From Octopus bimaculoides (taxonomy: Eukaryota): a DNA stretch of 60,439 nucleotides. The DNA is taken from positions 102,693,485-102,753,923 of the forward strand of contig NC_068981.1 in assembly GCF_001194135.2 (NCBI RefSeq), read 5' to 3'. Positions 1-13,309 of this stretch are shown one piece after another. The translations under genes were made by a program, and so were the position numbers. Under the pieces are notes generated by a model. That model was not told the DNA's origin. It saw only the letters and a list, made by a program, of their open reading frames with translations, and did no database searches. Each line of letters starts with the position of its first letter. Positions within the stretch are counted from its first letter, which is position 1.

Positions 1-20
1 TATATATATATATATATATA

Positions 21-300
21 TGAGGAGACCCCCTTCGGGTAAGGTTGTTTGTGGAAGGCTAGCAGTTGCCCATGCATACCAGCCTCCCTTCGCCAGACCA
101 CTGATGTTATCCAAGGAAAAGGCAAAGGCCAATGCAGCTTGGCACCAGTGATGTCGCAACTCATTTCTACAGCTGAGTGAACTGGAGCAACGTGAAATAA
201 AGTATCTTGCTCAAAAATACAACACGCAGCCCGGTCCGGGAATCGAACTCAGAACCTCATTGTAAGCTCGACACTCTAACCACTGAGCCATGCGCCTTCA
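21..300 (-). mobile_element. tRNA-derived SINE (family C), internally deleted
   Basis: Reverse strand begins tgaaggcgcatggctcagtggttagagtgtcg...gagttcgattcccgg (A-box TGGCTCAGTGG, B-box GTTCGATTC). It continues into a ttgagcaagatactttatttcacgttgctccag body typical of metazoan SINE central domains. Confidence 0.8.
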
Positions 301-365
301 CTATACATGTATATATACACATGTATATATATATATACACATATATATATGTATATATACACACA

Positions 366-428
<63 letters not shown>

Positions 429-649
429 TAACAATTTATATATATATATTAACGTGCGCTAGCTAACGCACCAAACTCTCGGAACTTCAGTCACTCTGTT
501 GCTTCTACTAAATAACCATAAATAAATTGATATATAATGCATACATACACACACACACACACACACACACACTACGCACGCGCGCACACGCACGCGCATA
601 CACACACATATGCTTGTACATACGTGTGTCTGTGCGTGTGTATGTGTGT

Positions 650-1760
650 GTTTGTCACAGCAATTCACAACTGAAAGCTTATGTTCAACGAAATTGAAGA
701 AGAAACGTTGTTCTGTAGAATACAGAATTTAAGTTGAAATCCCGAGAAACTGATTTTATTAACAAGATTGTTGCATATTTCAAAACTTCAGGAGTTGATT
801 TGTTCTAGGTAGAGTATATAGCTGTGTCGATTGATGGAGTTCCAGTTATGTAGGTCATATCACTATCTTTTTTTATTACTTTCGCAAAAAAGTAGAACCC
901 TAAAATTGAAGTGCGATCTATTGCCAGGCAGTGGTCGTGGAGCAGATGGAATCTGAACTTGCGACTAATGAATGATGTAAATCAAGACCGTCACTTCTGT
1001 CAAATGTCATGCAATGCATTAGACACAAAGTTATTCCATGATTCATATGAGAACACAATGAGAAAATTGAGTATTCAGGCGGACTTCTCTGGACGGAAAC
1101 ATTGAATTGTTCTTAGCAGAGTTCGGGTTCTGACAACTGAACTTAAAACCTTTCTGGTGGTTAATAAAATGTTCTTGTAGATGAGTTCAGTAACGCCATT
1201 TGACTGGCACGCATACATTTTTCATACGTAGCTAATTAATATCTTGAGTTTGTAATTTCAATGAAAAATGTATTGCAAACAAAAAAATTTAATATCGTTT
1301 CAGCAAGAGATCAAAAGTTTCTGGATTAAACCAAAGTTTTGAAAAGACTATCAAGATATTAATCTTGGTGACATCAAGGGATTTGTTATGAAGCATCTTA
1401 TTAAACTTATACAGCAGCACTTTGATAAATTCCCATGGTTTAATTCACAAATTGTTAATAGAGATGAAAATCCCTTAAACTTACAAATGGCTGATGTGCT
1501 TGAAAAATCTGACGGAATTTTAGGAGATGGCAGATATATCATCTTTCCTGTATGTCAGAAGCTGTGAAAACTTTAAACTATACATGTGGAAGCAACAGTA
1601 ATGCTGTTGCTTTTTGCGACGATCCACTATTGCAGAAAAGGGTGTTTTACATTTAAGAACTTGAAAACAAAGAACAGAAATCATTTTGACCTTGAAGGAA
1701 GCAACCAAGTTGCTCTGACATGAAGAAAGCCCTAGATGCCACTATATGAAAAGTGAAACA
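650..1760 (+). mobile_element. Degenerate hAT (Charlie/Buster, ZBED5/FAM200-like) transposase fragment
   Basis: Broken-frame translation gives IAVSIDGVPVM* (cf. VCTDGAPAM) near 820-860. From 1589 it reads EATVMLLLFATIHYCRKGCFTFKNLKTKNRNHFDLEGSNQVALT*, matching the hAT dimerisation motif LLPFATTYLCE.GFS....KTK.RNRL. Confidence 0.75.
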
Positions 1761-2207
1761 CTATCACTTTCCCCAAAACCTAAAGAGGGGTTGTTTTGAA
1801 TGAAATTCCCTCAGCTTCATTAAACTGTTATATTAATTTAGCTTATATGTTATTTTTATGTTACCATGGTTGGCTGTTTATATTTCTCCATTCTAATACT
1901 TGTGAAATTGAAAATTGATCCATATTAATTCTTGTGAAATTGAAAATTGAGCCATTGTAATTCTTATCAACATTTTGACGTCTCCTTTAATAATCGCTGA
2001 TATTTTATAAATAAAGTACATGATTCAGTTAAACTCTGAAGATAGCATTCATCTTGCCCTGATATTTAAAATGTCTTAATCTAGTGTTATAATGTTAAAT
2101 GAAACAGCGTTATTTTTAACAAACCTGGAATGAATACGCTGTTAAAGAAATTCTTCATTCCTTGCAGTATTTTGTTTGGAAGCTATTCTTACACAACATC
2201 TTCTATC

Positions 2208-2390
2208 TTTTACTTGTTTCAGTCATTGGACTGTGGTCATGCTGGAGCACTGTCGTAAAAGGTTTACTCGAGCAAAACGACTCCAGTACTTATTCTTTAA
2301 GTCTGGTTCATATTCTATCGTGCTCTTTGGGAAAACCGCGAGTTACAGGTCTGTAAATAAATCAACACCAGTTATCAAGCAGGGGGTGGT
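2208..2390 (-). mobile_element. SINE family A (OR/CORE-like), 3' half
   Basis: tttacttgtttcagtcattggactgtggtcatgctggagcac matches the tail of the full copy at 13816-14212. Confidence 0.75.
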
Positions 2391-2550
2391 GTACAATACA
2401 CATATGTATGTATGTTTATATATNNNNNNNNNNNNNNNNNNNNNNNNNNNNNNNNNNNNNNNNNNNNNNNNNNNNNNNNNNNNNNNNNNNNNNNNNNNNN
2501 NNNNNNNNNNNTATATATATATATATATATTAATGCTCATATGTCGAATT

Positions 2551-2766
2551 ATAATCCTTTCTACTATAGGCACAAGGACTGAAATTTGGTGTGAGGGGAT
2601 CTAGTCGACTAAATGGATCCCAGTGTTCAACTGGTACTTAGTTTATCGCTCACAAAATGATGGCAGGCAATGTCGACTTCGATGGAATTTGAGCTCAGAA
2701 TGTACAGCTGGAAGAAATGCCGTTAAGCATTTCGTCCGGCGCGGTGACGATTCTACCAGCTGGTCC
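2551..2766 (-). mobile_element. SINE family B
   Basis: Reverse complement matches the consensus ggcgagctggcagaatcgttagcacgccgg...ctgagttcaaattccgccgaggtcgactttgcctttcatcc..., seen about 20 times in the window. Confidence 0.8.
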
Positions 2767-3016
2767 CATTATGTTTGGTTATAATAAAAACAATTTTATG
2801 TTAAACTGCAAGATTTACTCAATAATTTTTCTAAACTTCATATTTATTATTCTTAAACAAGAATAGTGTTGATTGTGATTTCGAAGTTTCGGTCTGCTTT
2901 GCCTTCATTGGATTTCTTCACAGCCAATAAAAGCTGAGCAGACCGAAACTTCGAAGTTACCGTCTACGCTATTCTTGTTGGATACACACACATGCACACA
3001 CACACACGCACACACA

Positions 3017-3047
<31 letters not shown>

Positions 3048-3136
3048 GCACACACACACACAATCATACATACATACATACATACATACATACATGACTA
3101 CATACATACATACGTACGTACGTACATACACACATG

Positions 3137-3262
3137 GGCTTTTACATAGTTTCCGTCTACCAAATTCATTCACAAGGCATTGGTCGGCCCGGGGTTATAA
3201 TAAAAGGTACTTGCCCAAGGTGCCGCCCATTAAGACGGAACCGAAAACCACGTGGATGCAAA
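3137..3262 (-). mobile_element. SINE family A, 5' half
   Basis: gtttccgtctaccaaattcattcacaaggcattggtcggcccgggg...cttgcccaaggtgcc matches the copies at 14045-14212, 19112 and 27576. Confidence 0.75.
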
Positions 3263-4939
3263 GTTTCGAAATCACAAAATTATATTTTATTCATCTTTTA
3301 TTTAAATCAGTGCTAACACGTAGCTAAACAGTAGCAACAGCTTCAGAAGAATGAAAAATGACGCTGACAGCAAAGAGTTTTTGCTTGACACTCTAACGAT
3401 TCGAGTAATGATGTGTTTCCTGAACCCGCGATTGCACATCAGCGCGTTGTGAATTCATTTGACCATACCTCTGGCTGCGACAGAAGCGGGCGGCCACATG
3501 GGTTTGAGTTTATGGCTGGAAATAACCATGTTTCTGCCAATTAGCGCACCATTATCAGAACACAATGTAGCCGCCCGCTTTTTGTGTCTTCTAGGGGTAT
3601 AGTCAAATAAAGTCGCACTCGCTGAAACGTACTCGTAGGTTCAAACGGTTAAGCAGGAAGTGTGATGTATTGAGTTAAGAAGGACCAATTCTTGGTTCGT
3701 AAACGTTATCAGCTGCAGAAGAATGAAACGGTTGAAAAAGTCGTCGATACCCTGCTGGATTTGACCAAGTGCGACTAATCATGTCTTTCATTTGTATTTA
3801 TTTATTTACTTTTTGGTTTCCAGTAATAGTTGCAGGCCTACATATGTGACGGTTATTCGCTTCAAATCTTACTTGACAGGTAGTGACAGATGTCACTAGC
3901 TTACTTCCATCTTACCATCGTATCTTTCCACACACACACACATACGCGCGCGCATACATTTTTCTCTCTCTGTAGCCTCCTTTCTTTCGCCGTATTTACT
4001 CATGATGACGTCAGTTTGGTCAATATAGAACAGAGAAGTGGAAGCTTCATTTCCGTGACAAGAATATCTCTGGTGTTTGAGCTCGCAATCACCAACCCTC
4101 AAACGTAATGAGCTTCGCTATTATCGTTTTCACGTCCACCTGTCCACGCTTGTATGGGTCAGACGGAATTCGTTGAGGCAGATGTTCCACAGCCATCGCT
4201 AACCCTCATCTACTTCCATGTAAAATAATATTTATATTTCCCCATGGCTGGGCACGTTTTTCACGGAATATTGGAAACAAATGATACAGCTCATCGTATA
4301 ATGGTGACACTAATTGACAACTACTGCATAATGTCAAGACAAGAAGATACACACACACACACACGCTTACAAATACACAAACATATACACACATACTCAC
4401 ACACACACCNNNNNNNNNNGCCCCCCCCCCCCCACACACACACTTATACTCACATAGACTGACTGTTTCTTTGTATGTTGTTTAAACTTGCCTTTTGGTT
4501 GCTGTCCCATATAACATATTTGGATGAGTTAGAAAAGGAAACTTTATGTGGTTGCCCAATATGCTAGAAATAGCATCCAAATCTTCTTCAAAACGAAAAT
4601 CCACGCTAGATAATGGTAATCATTGATATCTTATAAAATACTGGATAGTCAGAACTGGAACGCCTTTGGCTATATGTCGGCTCAGTTAAATGATAACAAC
4701 AGCAATAACAACATTAATAATACACCTGATCTCTGTTTGAAGACATCTTGGTTGGTGTCTCTCACCTCACAACTGGAACAGCAGATTGACTCAAATCACT
4801 TGGTCTTCCTCCTTACTCGTCCAAACATATATACAAATGTATCAGCGTACATACACATTCATCGACTTTGCTACCATTAATATTTTTGCACACGAACGAC
4901 GTTTCTTCCCGCCGTCAACTTCTTTTCTCTTTCACTCAG

Positions 4940-4962
4940 AACCCACATACCTACGAACCCAC
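4940..4962 (+). other. Candidate 23-nt micro-exon
   Basis: Strong acceptor ttcttttctctttcactcag, then aacccacatacctacgaacccac, then canonical donor gtaagt. No transcript evidence. Confidence 0.3.
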
Positions 4963-4963
4963 G

Positions 4964-5039
4964 TAAGTACTTCTTTACTAGAATGTATAAGTACTTCTTT
5001 ACTAGAATGCATAAGTACTTCTTTACTAGAATTCATAAG
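4964..5039 (+). repeat. 24-bp minisatellite, 3 copies
   Basis: taagtacttctttactagaat(gt/gc/tc)a repeated three times plus taag. Confidence 0.9.
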
Positions 5040-5483
5040 AGCACATGGAATTATATCTCTTCACTCCTTGATAAAGAGCCTCAGCTCGAAATATCGAGAT
5101 TGTTCATTTCGTCCAGGCAACAGAAGCACAAAAGGTCGAGTCATTACATCTTAAGACTAAATGTCATATTTTTTACACTTTGAGTTCAAATCTTGCGAAG
5201 GTCAATTTTCTAGATAAAAGAAAAAAAGACCCGTTCAGTGTGTTAGAGTAGCAGAATTGTTAGAACATCGGATGCGATGTTTAGAGGTATTGTCCAAGTT
5301 CTTTGCGTTCTGAGTTCTTGATTGGGAGACTTGATATCAAACTGCGCGAGCATTTGGGTGAGGTCTCTGGTTAGAGAATTACTTCATTCCTCCCTATTCC
5401 AATCAATTGTGGAAGATCCGAAAAAAGGTGGAGTAATGGCTGTTGCCTGCTCTCTCCCTCTTGCCCTCTCCCCCTCTCTTTCT

Positions 5484-5743
5484 CTGACAAGTCAGGTCAG
5501 CTATGGAGGATTGCACCGTCGCAGGGCGTCGTTGCAACTATCATTTGTCTGTATTTGTTCGTGTCGCCAAGAGCAATCCTCCAAGCAGTGTCCCAGTCAG
5601 TCCCTATCTCTGCAAGATACTTCCGCATCCACCTTGACTACGTGGCATATGGTCGACCAACACTAGCCGTTACCCCAGCCGGATCATCAGAGAAGAGAAC
5701 ACGATACGCAGGATCCAGCTCAGAAAATCTCTGACCAATGAAT
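5484..5743 (-). mobile_element. RTE-clade LINE 3' end (Rex3/Expander-like), 5'-truncated
   Basis: Reverse frame FIGQRFSELDPAYRVLFSDDPAGVTASVGRPYAT*SRWMRKYLAEIGTDWDTAWRIALGDTNKYRQMIVATTPCDGAILHS*, followed by a cctgacttg tail. This resembles RTE ORF C-termini (GRP..W...L...AW..A...YR). Confidence 0.7.
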
Positions 5744-6118
5744 TAAAAAACAAAAACAAAAAGCAAACAAAAACTAAAAAAACAAACAAACAAAAAACAA
5801 AACAAAAAAAACTGTGTTGCCGACGTCGACTAACATCGGAAATTTACGATTGTTGGTTTTACCATTAGAAAGTCCGATCTTCATTTCATATTTTTACTTT
5901 ATTGCTGAAAGAAGGCACATCTTCATGCGGATCTTTTTAAAAAGCGAAGAATCTGCTAACCTTCTCAATATTTCCTTTCTTTCTTTCTAAGCTGCCAAAA
6001 ATAATTAATCTTTTGCGACTGACAGACTAAATAACAGACAGCATGACTAAACTGCTTGATTGGTTGGTTAGCTGTCTGCTTCGTTGACTGTTTATCTGTC
6101 TAACTGGCTGAGTAATAT

Positions 6119-6191
<73 letters not shown>

Positions 6192-7489
6192 TCTCCCTTT
6201 TTCTCTTCGTGTTTGTAATTTTCTTTTCTTACAAGAACAGAACAACGACAACGAAGAGTGTGACATGACAGTTGTAATAAATAAATATATAATACCGTTG
6301 ATGACATTAGCGGTTTGTGTATATCTGTGTGTGTACACGAGTACGTGTGTGCGTTTGTGAATAACTTGGTTTAAGCCTGTGTGTAAGTGGTTGAGCGCGT
6401 CTTACGAGTGAATGTCCGTTTGCTTGATTTTGTGTGTATCTAAATGTGGACAAGAACTTGTATATGAATGTGTGTGTATTCTGCTTTATAAGCTTTCAGT
6501 GGGGGATTATATCTTTTAATTTATTATCTTAAATTTATTTTAAGGAAGACAATAACAATAGCGTCGCCCTAGATATTACGCCGAGATTAGCTTGTCTTTT
6601 CGTCACTTCTGAAAAGTATACTGACAATATCACATTACCAAAAGAAGCACTTATAATATAAGGCAAAGGAAATATTTCAGGAGTTATTGCAGCCCTAATA
6701 GTATCTGTCAAATTTAGGATACAATATAAGAAAATGAAACCGACTCTAGTATTTTAGTTGGCACTTAGCTTCAAGGACACTGGAGGTAGGAAAATGATGG
6801 AATTTGAACTCTGAATATAAATGATATTAAGTAAACAATGCAGATATTTTGACCGCTACTCTATAAATTCTACCAATCCCCTAGATTTCTATACGAGTAT
6901 AATCACATACGTCTATCAGTGAGTAGCTTCTGGAAATTTCTATTATCACATGGCATTTTAGTATGTTTCTTTTTCCTTTCTTTTCGAAAGAGTTTTCGAA
7001 CGTTCTAGTTATATATCGAATCGGTGTTTCAGAATCTGTTTGGTACGACAAGTAATTTCGAATGACATTATAGGCACTGGAATCACTCCTGCGGTTTCAC
7101 TTCTTCTGTGATCTGCTCTCCTCTCTCTCCCCTCCCTCCCTTTCTACCCCTCTCTCTCCCACTCTATCTGTGCGTGCATGCGTGTGTATTCGTGTGTGTA
7201 TGTGTCTGTGTGTATGTATGTATGTATGTATGTATGTATGTATGTATGTATGTATGTATGTGTGCATATACAACGGGATTTTTGCGCAATTTTTCTCTTG
7301 AAAATTCTACACACGGCTTACAGCAAAAGAATTCTATTCTGCAGCACAATAATATCGATCTCGGTACCAAATGGTTCCCAAGCAAACTTCATAGCCACAC
7401 ACACACACACATACACCTGCACACACACACTCACTCACACACACACATAGAGGTTTAAACACGCATGGAACGTCAAGAAGTTTTATTTT

Positions 7490-8070
7490 TGACGTATGAA
7501 TGAATGTAATAAATAAAAGAATGATTGAATAAATGAACTGTTGAGTGAATGAATTATTGTGGGATGAATAATGAGTGCATAAATCAACGACTAATAAATA
7601 ACGAATAATGAATAATCAAACAAGCAAACTAATTAATGTATAATGAATATATGGAAAAATTAATGGATGAACAAGTGTTTGAAAGACAATCAATAAATGA
7701 CTGAATGAATGAATATATGATTGACATAAATTAATGAATTGATAAATGATTGATGAATAATGAATGAATAAATTAAATTGATGTATGAATACATGAACGA
7801 ATGATTTAACGATCGATTGAATATATATGCATGACTGAATAAATGAGTGAATAAATGAACAATAAATAAACAAATAATCGAAGGAATGAATAATTACATG
7901 AATGAAAAAATGAATAAATGAAATAAACGAATAACTATAATAACGAATGGGTTAATTAATGACCATACAAATTAGTCATGAATAAATTAACAGTGAATAA
8001 ATAAATAAATATATAAATAACTGGTCATATGAATGAAAGAATGAATATATTTATTAATATAAAAAGAAAT
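7490..8070. repeat. Degenerate (TGAA)n/(ATAA)n low-complexity tract
   Basis: About 580 bp of decayed tetranucleotide repeat. Confidence 0.8.
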
Positions 8071-8705
8071 TAACGGAACATTCTTGCAAATGCACATATA
8101 ATTATGCATATGCAGCTGTTGCATTTGAATACTTAATCTTACACCAGGCTCCATCATTAACGAAACATTCTTGAATATTCCTTATTCAACTCCACCATTT
8201 CGCCATTTTACTGGAATTAATCCAAAAGAAAGTATGAAGATGTTTTTCGGATTCAGCTTGGCTGCATATCAATGAATCTACTTTGGCTTTCTCTACTCGT
8301 GATTTCGAAGAATTCATTCGGGATTCAGTTAATATAATATTGAAACAGCAAACTCGCAGCAGACTTATGGTCATGTTGATACGGTTGGTCTCTTGTGCGT
8401 TACCCTTCCACCTTATAAGCCCACACATTTATCTATCGAACGAATCAGTAATGTCGAGATGATACAATGGATACGTGGTGCATATGCGGGTATGTGTGTG
8501 CGTGTGTGCATGTATGTATGTGTGTGAGTATGAGTTTGAGTGTGTGTGTGTGTGCGTGTGTGTATGTGTGTGTATGTACGTGTGTATGGTATGCGTATGA
8601 GTTTGAGTGTAAGTATGAGTGCTGAGAATGAGTAAACGGTGTCAAAAATATATTCCAAGTGTAATTTTTGAGTCCAAGATATGTTATGTAATCCATCAAA
8701 TTGAC

Positions 8706-8761
<56 letters not shown>

Positions 8762-8782
8762 ACCTACCTACCTACCTACCTA

Positions 8783-8813
<31 letters not shown>

Positions 8814-9009
8814 TTCTGTCTGTCAGTCAGTCAGTCAGGCTGTCTGTCTGTCTGATGTATGCGTGTGTGTTGCGTGCGTGTGTGTGTGTGCGTGGGTGTG
8901 GGTGTGTGTGTTTCGTGTGTGAGTGTCTTTGTATTTCATTATTACTGTTCGTTTGCTTACGTCCCCGATGTGTGTGTGTGTGTGTGTATTTATGTTAGCT
9001 CTTTCGTAC

Positions 9010-9975
9010 ATGCAATCAGTTACACAGCCAACCAAACTTATCAGCTATGCCAACGACACAAAAGTAGCACAAGCAGTCAAGGAACCCTCCGATTATATTC
9101 TTCATCAGAAAGACATAGATGCCATGTTATAAATGGGCTGAAGAAAACAACATGCAAGTTAATGCAGGAAAATTCCAACCCCCCACCTCACCCTCGCCGC
9201 TTTCAGCCAGCTTGTGCTAACATACTGCAACAACAATACTTTGGGCTAAAAGGAGAGGCAATCCCAGAGTCAAGTACATTGCGTGATCTGGGGATAGATA
9301 TGACCAACAACACCTTGTTTTATGTTAATATCACCAAGATAGTAGCAATGAGCAGGTAAATAACCGGATGGGTTGTGAGAACTTTCAGACACTATGCTGG
9401 TTCTCTGGAGGACATTTGTTCTCAACTATCTGGACGACTACTCTCAACTGTTGTCATCCAACAGCGGAACTTGAGAGAGTTCAGCGGTGCTACAGCAGAA
9501 AGATTGCATCAGTGGAACAGCTGAGCTATATAGAGAGACTGAAAGAGTAATGGCTCTACTCCCTGGAGCGAAGACAAGAGAGACATGCAGTGATATAGGT
9601 ATGGAAGATCCTAGTGTTTTGGCACCGAGCTTTGGCACCGAGTTATCCTAGCCTCTGAACTGCACTGTTCCAAACTCCCATTCAACCCGTATAAAATGAG
9701 GACCGTGTAATCTACTGAAATAGCCGAAGATTCGAAGATCTAGAGCTATTTTGTATCTTGTTAAAAGATCTACCCGACATGGAGTAGGGTAGATGCTTTC
9801 AAGAAACAACTTTAATTCCGGCTGGTGAACCTACATCACGGCAAGAATACCGCAAAAGGGCAGCGATATCGAACTGCCTTCTTCACCAAAAGTCAATCAC
9901 AAAACAATGGTCATTGAAACGATAACATTGGTGGTACCTCAGTATGCGCCCCCACACATAAGTAAATAAATAAAT
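9010..9975 (+). mobile_element. CR1-group LINE, RT C-terminal part and 3' end, degenerate
   Basis: KLISYANDTKVAQ (YADD motif), WAEENNMQVNAGKF, STLRDLGIDM and LERVQRCYSRKIASVEQLSYIERLKE, with stops and frameshifts. Ends in a (taaa)n tail. Confidence 0.85.
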
Positions 9976-10038
9976 ATATATATATACATACATATATATA
10001 TATATATATATGTGTATATATACCTTTAATACAGATCA

Positions 10039-10079
<41 letters not shown>

Positions 10080-10080
<1 letters not shown>

Positions 10081-10275
10081 GAGAATTTACGAAAAAAACA
10101 ACAACAGACGAAGACAGGTGATGTAAACAACAAATGAATGTATTAGTTTAACGCTCGGGAATAGAGAAAGTCTTTGACGTTTCGAGCTACGCTCTTCAAC
10201 TGAAAGGAACACAGAAAGAAACAAGGAGAAAAAAAATATAAATGTAGTGGTCAGCGATCTATCATGGTGAATGAT
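10080..10275 (-). mobile_element. Penelope-like pLTR / non-autonomous repeat with degenerate minimal hammerhead
   Basis: Homologous to 57690-57835. Reverse strand ccttt-CAGTTGA-a-gagc-gta-gctc-GAA-ACGT-C-aaaga at 10171-10206. Confidence 0.65.
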
Positions 10276-10604
10276 ATTATATACATACATACACACACAG
10301 AGTCATCGATATAGGTTTCGGTGATTTCAAAATGAAATAACTAGGTCTGTATTAAAGGTATACTATTTATTTATACATCAAAACACAGAAAATCTTAAGT
10401 TTTTCTTACAAGGCTTTGGTCTGTCCGGGATGCCCAAAGTGCCATGGCGAACCCATAACCATGTGGCTGGGAGGTAGACTTCTTACCACACAGTCTTATT
10501 GCTATTTGCATTATAGATCCCTACTGCCTACCCTGAGTATTTACACAGTAAAATTCTCGCTCTCATACAATTGTTTTCCAATCGCAATCATTGTTACATT
10601 GTTA

Positions 10605-10693
10605 CCTTCTTCTTCTTCTTCTTCTTCTTCTTCTTCTTCTTCTTCTTCTTCTTCTTCTTCTTCTTCTTCTTCTTCTTCTTCTTCTTCTTCTTC
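10605..10693. repeat. (TTC)n microsatellite
   Basis: About 29 perfect TTC units. Source of the spurious poly-S and poly-E ORFs. Confidence 0.95.
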
Positions 10694-10739
10694 GCTCTTC
10701 TTGAATGATTTATTTACTTGGCTAGTTTGCAGTATGACG

Positions 10740-10803
<64 letters not shown>

Positions 10804-10883
10804 ATAGACTCGCAGACAAATGTATACTAAAGCATATTACAACGGTGTATTCATCTTTGAATGTGGGTGTGTATGTGCGTGTG

Positions 10884-10915
<32 letters not shown>

Positions 10916-11191
10916 TGTATGTATGTATGTATGTATGTATATGTCTGTATGTGCATGTTTGTATCTCTCTGCATGTATGTATGTGCATCGTACACATGTA
11001 TCTCTGTGTTTATACACACACAAACACACACACATAGTCATACGTGTGGGGTAGTGTTCTTTACCTTCACACCCATACATATTTCATTTGGCCTGCCTGT
11101 TTTATTACTTTTTTTTTTTTTAGTTTTCTTGCTTTATTGTATATTTAAATATAAAATAAAATTGTAATATAATAAACAAACAAACAAATAC

Positions 11192-11223
<32 letters not shown>

Positions 11224-12780
11224 AAATAAGACCTTTAAATGTCAGAGTTGATGTTTTTCTATCGAAATTTTGTTTCTCACCATTTACCAGTTTCAACATT
11301 GATTCATCAGATTTAGGGGGAAAGGTAAGGAAATAAATACGCAAATAAACATTAAAAAAATCCCAAAATACGCATTTGTTATCTCTAGAGAGAATATAAT
11401 TTTCTATTGCTACTATTTTTTATTATTGTTAACGTTATTTTAATTTTTTTTATTTATCTATTATTTTAGCCCCACGTCAACCTCGATACAACGAATTCTA
11501 TAATAGGTGTTCCAGCTGTGAATATGACCTCTTTTTTTTTATCTTTCTTTTTTAATTTCCGGGCGTAGTTTATCGAGTGAGGACTATGCTATCTAATGTA
11601 TGTTATATATATATTTCTTTCTATTTTTATGGCTAATGTGGATGGTTTCAAGACGACGAATTTCACTTCTAGCCTCGAGCAAACGAGAATGAGATTCGCC
11701 TTGGGTAGAAGTGAAGAAGGGCAACCAAGGAACGCACACAAATAATAAAAATACAGACGCACATGCTNNNNNNNNNNNNNNNNNNNNNNNNNNNNNNNNN
11801 NNNNNNNNNNNNNNNNNNNNNNNNNNNNNNNNNNNNNNNNNNNNNNNNNNNNNNNNNNNNNNNNNNNNNNNNNNNNNNNNNNNNNNNNNNNNNNNNNNNN
11901 NNNNNNNNNNNNNNNNNNNNNNNNNNNNNNNNNNNNNNNNNNNNNNNNNNNNNNNNNNNNNNNNNNNNNNNNNNNNNNNNNNNNNNNNNNNNNNNNNNNN
12001 NNNNNNNNNNNNNNNNNNNNNNNNNNNNNNNNNNNNNNNNNNNNNNNNNNNNNNNNNNNNNNNNNNNNNNNNNNNNNNNNNNNNNNNNNNNNNNNNNNNN
12101 NNNNNNNNNNNNNNNNNNNNNNNNNNNNNNNNNNNNNNNNNTATATATATATATATATATATATATCAAAGCATTATTTTTTAAATCATTTCTAAGAGAT
12201 TGAAGCTTCATACGTTATTCTGAGTCTTTCGTTGCAGATCTTCGGACGGTTATTCCACAACTTTCGGCAAAACTTTCGTCTATTAGAATTCCCAGGTGGG
12301 GAAATCAGTATAAGCATGAAGTTATGGTGGAAGATTCTCGGCCAAGCAACCAACCAGTAGAATGCAACATCTATACTCAATTTCCAGTTATATATGTATG
12401 TATCTAAAAAACAAATTATGGCTAAACATATACATCGTATATGATTAAAAAGTATAGAATATAGACCAATATGTATACATTTAAGTACACAAATTTTGAA
12501 AAATGATCATATATAATTATAAATACATGTTTGTGTGCATGTATGTGAGCGTGAGTGAGTGTTGACTCTGTGTGAGTGTGTTTGTGTGTGTAGGTATAGT
12601 TCAAAACAAATTTATGATAAAGATTGAGTGTTTTTTTATGGCAGTTGAAACTTCACATCCAGTTATTCGAATTTCATGTTCTCAGTAATATATGTATGTA
12701 TACATCATACAGCTTTGAATGCATGTGCTCGCGCAAGCACACACATACACACACACACACATATGCACACACACACACAC

Positions 12781-12842
<62 letters not shown>

Positions 12843-13029
12843 AAGGGTACTGAAAATTTCCTAGCTTTAAGGATATCGCGAAAGGCCTGGTTGGAAGCCT
12901 AACCTTCCGAGTTCATTCACAGGGCTTAGAAAGAATAAAATCATAATTAACTGATCCTCCTGTATTTTTTTTTACCCAAAGCCAGAAACTTTTCACTACC
13001 CACTCGTATATGTGTGTGTGTGTGTGGCT

Positions 13030-13300
13030 TGACATTTTTGGCAAAGAGACGATCGATTGCATCGACCCCAGTGCTCGACTGATACTTATTTTATCGAACT
13101 GGTAAAATTGTTAGCACGCCGGGCAAAATACTTAGCGGCATTTCGTCCATCTTCACGTTCTGAGTTCAAATCCCGCCGAGGTCGACTTAATCTTACATTC
13201 TTTCGAGGTCGATAAAATAAGTATCAGTTGAGCACTAAGGGCGATCTAATCAACTTAACTCCTCCTTCGTGAATTGCTCGCTTTGTACCAAAATTTAAAA
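13030..13300. mobile_element. Two SINE family B pieces (13030-13095 minus partial; 13098-13300 plus)
   Basis: atcgaccccagtgctcgactgatacttattttatcga (minus), abutting gttagcacgccgggcaaaatacttagcggcatttcgtcc (plus). Confidence 0.8.
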
Positions 13301-13309
13301 CGTATATAT

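Noticed and set aside
8186-8428. Protein-looking stretch (STRDFEEFIRDSVNIILKQ)
   Set aside because: In-frame stops, no splice signals and no recognisable family.
12239-12395. Exon after the acceptor ttcgttgcag
   Set aside because: The peptide is unrecognisable (at best faintly mariner-like), and the phase-0 donor comes from a microsatellite.
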